This document shows, in pieces, positions 63,001 to 64,000 of a stretch of DNA of 64,000 nucleotides. This DNA is from Podargus strigoides. Taxonomy: Eukaryota. The stretch spans positions 14,400,861-14,464,860 of the forward strand of contig CM051638.1 of the NCBI GenBank assembly GCA_028020825.1, written 5' to 3'. Numbering within the stretch: position 1 is the stretch's first letter; each line of letters starts with the position of its first letter. Both the position numbers and the translations under genes were made by a program. The notes below the pieces were generated by a model. That model saw nothing but the letters and a program-made list of their open reading frames with translations. It ran no database searches and was not told the DNA's origin.

Positions 63001-64000
63001 GGGGGACACACAGAGTGGGTGAGGGAACAGTGCTGGGGGACAGCAGGCCTTGTGGGGGACACACAGTGGGTGAGGGATCAGTGTTGAGGCACAGCAGGCC
63101 TAGGGGGACACACAGAGTGGGTGAGGGAACAGTCCTGGGGGACAGCAGGCCTAGGGGGACACACACAGTGGGTGAGGGAACAGTTCTGGGGCAGAGCAGG
63201 CCTAGGGGGACACACAGAGTGGGTGAGGGAACAGTGCTGGGGGACAGCAGGCCTAGGGGGACACACACAGTGGGTGAGGGATTAGTGCTGGGGGACTGCA
63301 GGCCTAGGGGGACGCACACAGTGGTGTAGGGAACAGTGCTGGGTGACAGCAGGCCTATTGGGACACACAGAGCGGGTGAGGGAACACTGCTGGGGGACAG
63401 CAGGCCTAGCGGGACACACAGAGTGGGTGAGGTTACAGTGCTGGGGGACTGCATTCCTAGGGGGACACACAGAGTGGGTGAGGGAACACTGTTGGGGAAC
63501 AGCAGGCCTAGGGGGCCACACAGAGTGGGTGAGGGAACACTGCTGGGGGACAGCAGGCCTAGCGGGACACACACAGTGGGTGAGGGAACAGTGCTGGGGC
63601 ACAGCAGGCCTAGGGGGACACACAGAGTGGGTGAGGGAACAGTGCTGGGGGACAGCAGGCCTAGGGGGACACACACAGCGGGTGAGGAAACAGTGTTGGG
63701 GGACAGCAGGCCTAGGGGGATACACACAGCGGGTGGGGAACCAGTGGTGGGGGACAGCAGGCCTAGGGGGGCACACACAGTGGGTGACGGAACAGTTTTG
63801 GGGGACAGCAGGCCTAGGGGGACACACACAGTGGGTGAGGGAACAGTGTTGGGGGACAGCAGGCCTAGGGGGACCCACACAGTGGGGTAGGGAACAGTGC
63901 TGCGTGACAGCAGGCCTAGGGGGCCACACACAGTTGGTGAGGGAACAGTGGTGGGGGACAGCAGGCCTAGGGGGACACACAGAGTGGGTGAGGGAACAGT

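Larger units (their letters stand above)
1..64000. repeat. Continuous tandem array of a G-rich ~51-bp satellite/minisatellite unit (~1,250 units; consensus ~CTGGGGGACAGCAGGCCTAGGGGGACACACACAGTGGGTGAGGGAACAGTG); extends past both window edges
   Basis: A period of 51 bp is visible by eye from position 1 (unit restarts at 1, 52, 103 ...). Every unit contains the motif caggcctaggggg. All six-frame ORFs are 17-aa periodic, and 17 aa equals 51 bp. No stretch of unique sequence was found anywhere in the window. Confidence 0.97.
32400..64000. repeat. Second architectural domain of the array. It has a short-period, more mosaic higher-order organisation, a marker block every ~1.0-3.2 kb, and frequent 'gggattagtgctgggggactgcagg' variant units
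   Basis: Marker blocks start near 32605, 34796, 35762, 36780, 38868, 39936, 41107, 42686, 44673, 46149, 49358, 52163, 53538, 55831, 56950 and 59597. Only 1911, 8120 and 24002 occur in the first 32 kb. Confidence 0.65.

Noticed and set aside
1-64000. Hundreds of long ORFs on both strands, for example 35774..40309 (1,511 aa), 58537..61935 (1,132 aa), 33892..36135 (747 aa), 13793..15961 (722 aa) and 10654..12651 (665 aa), as protein-coding genes
   Set aside because: Every one is a 17-aa periodic translation of the 51-bp unit, which lacks stop codons in two frames per strand. The ORFs overlap one another completely in four frames. Their ends coincide with marker blocks or with 50- and 52-bp units. 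No recognisable domain, signal or start context exists, and identical 'proteins' recur at fixed nucleotide offsets because the DNA is duplicated. Calling them CDS would be unsupported.
1-64000. CRISPR array (many ~51-bp direct repeats)
   Set aside because: Units are directly contiguous with no unique spacers, there is no leader or cas context, and the array is 64 kb of the same unit with CpG depletion. This is a eukaryote-style satellite, not a CRISPR locus.
1-64000. Telomeric or subtelomeric (TTAGGG)n-like repeat because of the recurrent CTAGGGGG motif
   Set aside because: The unit is 51 bp and contains CTAGGGGG only once. There are no (TTAGGG)n or (CCCTAA)n runs anywhere, so it is not a telomere repeat. 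Subtelomeric location cannot be judged without flanking sequence.
1-64000. Transposon, IS element, prophage or defence island hidden between repeats
   Set aside because: I scanned the window for any interval departing from the 51-bp register. The only atypical sequence is the ~200-bp marker block, which is itself made of unit-length variants. There are no terminal inverted repeats, target-site duplications, or transposase- or integrase-like ORFs.
1-64000. Collagen-like, mucin-like or other known repeat-protein gene (Gly- and Pro-rich translations)
   Set aside because: There is no Gly-X-Y periodicity, no Ser/Thr-rich PTS pattern in a single consistent frame, and the open frames exist equally on both strands. 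No family I know has a GTVLGDSRPRGTHTVGE or CPPRPAVPQHCSLTHCV 17-mer repeat.
1-64000. rRNA, tRNA or ncRNA genes
   Set aside because: There is no sequence outside the satellite register. No cloverleaf-capable unique segments and no rDNA-like conserved motifs were seen.

Overview
The whole 64-kb window is one uninterrupted tandem array of a G-rich ~51-bp unit (consensus on the + strand approximately CTGGGGGACAGCAGGCCTAGGGGGACACACACAGTGGGTGAGGGAACAGTG, about 1,250 units). I found no unique, non-repetitive sequence anywhere in the window. There are no rRNA or tRNA genes, no mobile-element ends, no CRISPR array and no defence or metabolic system that I can support.

The long ORFs in the supplied six-frame track are artefacts. 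The 51-bp unit is 17 codons long and has no stop codon in two frames on each strand, so four of the six frames read open and yield 17-aa periodic pseudo-proteins: GTVLGDSRPRGTHTVGE and WGTAGLGGHTQWVREQC on the + strand, CPPRPAVPQHCSLTHCV and PLGLLSPSTVPSPTVCV on the - strand. ORF ends coincide with variant units that introduce stops, or with 50- and 52-bp units that shift the frame. I therefore call no CDS.

The array is not homogeneous. It is built from nested higher-order repeats and large, nearly identical segmental duplications, with offsets of 1,986, 4,223, 6,209, 4,329 to 4,941, 15,882 and 22,091 bp in the first half. A distinctive ~200-bp variant marker block (gacgaacactgactgagag...) recurs 19 times. 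Its spacing is 6 kb or more in the first ~32 kb and shifts to 1 to 3.2 kb in the second ~31 kb, which defines two architectural domains. Copies are cleaner and longer in the first half and more mosaic in the second.

The unit is strongly G-skewed on the + strand (about 45% G against 20% C) and almost devoid of CpG. It carries a (CA)4-5 core, and four G-tracts per unit suggest G-quadruplex and R-loop potential. This fits a eukaryotic, possibly vertebrate, satellite or minisatellite locus. I cannot assign it to a named satellite family or to a species from the sequence alone.
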